44,535 bases of DNA from a virus (taxonomy: Duplodnaviria; Caudoviricetes). Below the pieces are notes generated by a model. It worked only from the letters and a program-made list of their open reading frames with translations, searched no databases and was not told where the DNA came from. The DNA lies in IMG/VR virus record IMGVR_UViG_3300033067_001518, positions 1 to 44,535 of that record; one strand, 5' to 3'. The position numbers and the translations under genes were made by a program. This document shows positions 43,988-44,535 of the stretch, piece by piece; positions within the stretch are counted from its first letter, which is position 1, and each line of letters starts with the position of its first letter.

Positions 43988-44535
43988 TTATTCCAACTTT
44001 CCTTCAATGCTAAATTCATAGCCGTTAGCGTCGATCATTTCCTTAATAGCTTCATCACTGTTAACCCATTCATATTGTTTTTCTAGTTGATCATATATCC
44101 AGTTAGCAAATGCCTTTAATGCGCTCTCAAGTGAATCAACTTCACTTGTCACTTCCTCATCATCCATACCGTAGCAAGTGATTTGCATTGTTTCAGCATG
44201 ATAGTATCTACTTCTATGTTCAATGGTTGCACGTAGTGGGGCCGATAACTCTAATAAGAGAGCTATATCGTGCAACTTAGTATCTAGTGGAGCGTATTCT
44301 TTAATTAGTTTTTCAACACCCTGTCTATGATTATAACTCCCAGTGAAGCACGCTCCATCCCCTTGAGAGGCAAAACCAGAATAGTATATATCCTTAATAT
44401 CTATCCCCAGGATCTTCGCAATTTCTTTAGCATCCTCAAGCACACATTCCGATTCCCATTGGAAGTCGTTTCGTTCTCTTAACTTGTCGAGAGCTCTAGT
44501 TTTGGCCTTGTCGCTTAACTCTTCAAACTTATATA
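43988..44535 (-). CDS. Conserved phage early protein, 3' part (second allele of 1..476)
   Basis: YYSGFASQGDGACF...WIYDQLEKQYEWVNSDEAIKEMIDANGYEF; open to the right edge. Confidence 0.85.
   Translation of the reverse strand, partial: YKFEELSDKAKTRALDKLRERNDFQWESECVLEDAKEIAKILGIDIKDIYYSGFASQGDGACFTGSYNHRQGVEKLIKEYAPLDTKLHDIALLLELSAPLRATIEHRSRYYHAETMQITCYGMDDEEVTSEVDSLESALKAFANWIYDQLEKQYEWVNSDEAIKEMIDANGYEFSIEGKLE
44088..44535 (+). repeat. Imperfect terminal direct repeat, right copy
   Basis: Matches 1..448 without gaps. Confidence 0.95.

Larger units (their letters stand above)
1..44535. mobile_element. Near-complete/complete tailed phage genome (podovirus-like, about 44,087 bp unit length)
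   Basis: Terminase-portal-scaffold-capsid-tail-ejection gene order, phage replication module, no host housekeeping genes, and the two ends overlap within one gene. Confidence 0.95.

Noticed and set aside
1-44535. Stop-codon reassignment
   Set aside because: Coding density is high under the standard code and TAA, TAG and TGA all end genes at tight junctions

Overview
The window is essentially one complete AT-rich tailed dsDNA phage genome (Caudoviricetes) of about 44.1 kb, with podovirus-like tail architecture. Its two ends (1..448 and 44088..44535) are two diverged copies of the same gene segment. Layout: (1) a leftward early block of small genes (about 36.6-44.5 kb plus 1-1.2 kb) with a catalytic-domain tyrosine recombinase and a PAPS-reductase-like protein; (2) a replication/recombination block (2.2-8 kb: HNH nucleases, SF4 helicase, initiator, SSB-like, Sak4-like ATPase, YqaJ nuclease); (3) a rightward late block (9.5-36.5 kb: terminase, portal, scaffold, capsid, lysis, tail adaptor/nozzle, ejection proteins, two fibre clusters). 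Spanin-like genes and lipoproteins point to a diderm host. Most unusual signals: six tail-fibre-like proteins with apparent Sec signal peptides and paired cysteines; a small beta-barrel-like gene coupled to a 36x TCG-NGG hexamer-repeat ORF behind a leader hairpin; a tRNA-like RNA whose anticodon arm is replaced by a long hairpin; a 10-6-10 inverted repeat at the recombinase start; and two hairpins with complementary loops ahead of the replication genes. All family calls are by-eye motif recognition; no database search was run.
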